A stretch of 37,314 bases of DNA. It comes from Octopus bimaculoides (Eukaryota). The stretch lies in NCBI RefSeq assembly GCF_001194135.2, contig NC_068985.1, forward strand, positions 124,234,926 through 124,272,239, read 5' to 3'. The stretch's first letter is position 1. Each line of letters begins with the position of its first letter. A model generated the notes under the pieces. It saw only the letters and a list, made by a program, of their open reading frames with translations. It ran no database searches and was not told the DNA's origin. A program made the translations under genes and the position numbers. Below are positions 35,187 through 37,314 of this stretch, piece by piece.

Positions 35187-35735
35187 ATGACTGAGTCTTT
35201 TATGTCATAAGCAAAGCGTGAGTGGTTTCTCCAAGCTAAGGGATCAGCATTTCGAATTTGTTGATACTTTATGTATGGCACGTATTATGTTGGCTGCACT
35301 ATGGCCAAACAAGATTTGCTTTTGACTAGCCATAAGGAATAACGAACCTGTTTATTTATATTTTCCATTCTCTACAGACAACGTCAGATTGTGTAAACTT
35401 CCAACAAAATTGTTTATTGAAACCTTTGAATTTTCTGTATAATCCTGGAAACAAGTATATCAAATGCACACAGTGGTTTATTTTTACTCGCACAGATACA
35501 AGACATGCGTACAGGTACACACGCACACATGCACACACGCACGCACACACACACACACACGTACATATACTCCCACTCGTACGCACAAACAGACACACAC
35601 ATACGCACCACACACAAGCATTCATATACATCGCATACTCACCAAGTGCGCGCGCTCTCACACGACACAAACAGGTCTACACACTATCACATACAGCATA
35701 TATATGTTAAGAAGAATGAAGAGGAATAGCCTTAC

Positions 35736-35876
35736 CTGAATGTCTAAACTTTGACAAGTTTGATCATATTCAAAAACATAGTCTCTATCATTTCTGTATA
35801 TAGCTGCCGCTATCGAACAGATCGGCATTTACTAAACTTAAAATAATGACGACGACTAATCAAGGACAGACAATAA
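35736..35876 (-). CDS. Candidate exon ending in phase 0: MPICSIAAAIYRNDRDYVFEYDQTCQSLDIQ (ATG 35828); alternative acceptor at 35793
   Basis: Donor CAG|GTAAGG, acceptor gtatctttaatttgttcag. The ATG is immediately preceded by an in-frame TAA. Product not recognised. Confidence 0.3.
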
Positions 35877-36149
35877 CTGAACAAATTAAAGATACTTTGG
35901 CTTTGATGCAAAGCCAAATACTTATACGGGTGGGGCACAGTTGACCGAATTAAACCAATACAATTAAGTTACTGTGCAGGCCGCTCACCGGAGTCATTCT
36001 TTAAAAGAGAAGTTAAGTCAGCGATACCCACCGGAGAGAAAAAGGTGATTTGACGTGTATTTCACAGATTACAAGCCAAGATGCAACCTCGATTCTCTAC
36101 AGAAATGTAGAACCTTAGCAAACAGCCGTCCTAGCCTCCTATACTAGGG

Positions 36150-36300
36150 TTATGGCGAAGTCTGAAGTCTGGTGGATCAGGCGAAGGTTCAAATCATAAA
36201 CAAGGGGAATTATTGTTCCTTGGGCAAAGCACTTTATTTTATTTCGGCCCAGCTTACTCAGCTGAAATGGATACCATTCCGGAGTAGGTGCAGCACTCTC
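36150..36300 (+). mobile_element. Old tRNA-derived SINE with CORE-like box
   Basis: B-box GGTTCAAATC, then GTTCCTTGGGCAAAGCACTTTA...CTCAGCTGAAATGGATACC. Confidence 0.55.
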
Positions 36301-36519
36301 TCCTCCAACCGTAACATCGTGAATGTTTTGTCAGGTCAAGAGTGGGAAAATTGAGACGTTGTCTCGGTCAGCTTGCAACTTTCTAGACGACTAAAACAAT
36401 GAGCATGGGACATATTCTCAGATCATACCCTCTTTTTTCCATCTCGCCACAAGGTCACACATTTAAAACTGAAAGGGTATGATAAAACCTGTGCCAGCGA
36501 GAAGCCGCTACATTATCGC

Positions 36520-36835
36520 TCTACTTGCTAGAAACAGCAGACAATTATTATTCAAATCACACTATATCTTTAAAAAAAAGGACACACAGACACACGCGCG
36601 CGTGCGCGCACATAGGTTTACATAATCTTACATGCATATAAAGAGATAGGATGGTTACGGCTGGAACGTTTTTAATCATAAATCTGATCATCAATTCCAA
36701 TGAATCAATGAGGAAGCCTCTACGTGGACATCCGAACGACAAGAAATAGCAACCAAATCTCTCTCATATCGCCATCTGCCGTTTCAAAATAGGAAAGTAT
36801 GCATTAGGCAATGCAGTTCTGATACACTGCACTTG
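36520..36835 (+). repeat. Two diverged copies (36520-36585, 36745-36835) of a short dispersed repeat also seen at ~33905-33960 (+) and ~23230-23275 (-)
   Basis: Shared degenerate motif AGAAA(C/T)AGCA(G/A)C(C)AAAT..C..CAAATCACAC. Confidence 0.45.
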
Positions 36836-37209
36836 AAAATAAAGACAGGATGGTCGTGGCTAGATTGTCTTCGAGCATAGGTTTGCTCGATCGTAGCTGG
36901 CTGAACACTGACAACAACAACAAAAACGAAAACAGCCACAACTGGTCATTAGTACAGTATTTCCATATAATTAAAATTGTATAACCTTAACGATGGAAAG
37001 ACATATGTAAATGGCTATTTAATGATTTTACTTCAGTACAAGCCAAATCCATGAGCTTAGAGTGTATATAAGATCTATTTGGTTACGGTTTGTAATGGTC
37101 AGTGGTTTGTTTACATAGTTTAAATGGGACGATCAGTTCAATAGTTGTGCCGTTGGAGATTAGTGTGAAGCGACGCGCTTAACAAAGATATACGGTGCAC
37201 GTGTGTGTG

Positions 37210-37268
<59 letters not shown>

Positions 37269-37314
37269 ATACATATGCATATATATGTGAGCGTGCATTG
37301 ATATATATATATAT

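Noticed and set aside
35896-35918. 10-bp inverted repeat TTTGGCTTTG-atg-CAAAGCCAAA
   Set aside because: A single short hairpin with no supporting context; a bacterial-type terminator is not meaningful in this eukaryotic DNA.
1875-36300. A/B-box motifs that could be called tRNA genes
   Set aside because: No cloverleaf can be formed and each continues into SINE body sequence.
129-37314. Most ORFs in the six-frame track (poly-I/Y, C/V, H/T, E/R, L, T/S runs, many spanning X)
   Set aside because: They are translations of microsatellites or read through N-gaps, and have no domain content.

Overview
AT-rich (microsatellite-dense) eukaryotic genomic DNA from a gappy draft assembly, with 11 N-runs totalling about 3 kb. 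It is not prokaryotic: there are no operons, rRNA genes or CRISPR arrays. The SINE families and microsatellite style resemble those I recall from octopus/cephalopod genomes; this is inference, not a database result. Nearly all ORFs in the supplied track are translations of simple repeats. The window is mostly intron-like or intergenic DNA filled with decayed mobile elements. DNA transposons: a near full-length Tc1-like element with DD36E spacing (8012-9283), two mariner relics (one with an internal inversion), a mariner-type MITE nested in a SINE, and a ~490-bp foldback. Retroelements: several tRNA-derived SINEs, fragments of R4/Dong-like, RTE-like, CR1-like and probably L1/Tx1 LINEs, and a Penelope-like GIY-YIG endonuclease fragment. 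The most notable unexplained structure is a well-formed type I hammerhead ribozyme motif at 5733-5794 with a palindromic stem III, plus two decayed look-alikes nearby. Small minus-strand segments with good splice signals, including a 10-nt micro-exon candidate, may belong to a host gene, but I cannot identify the protein or fix one reading frame.
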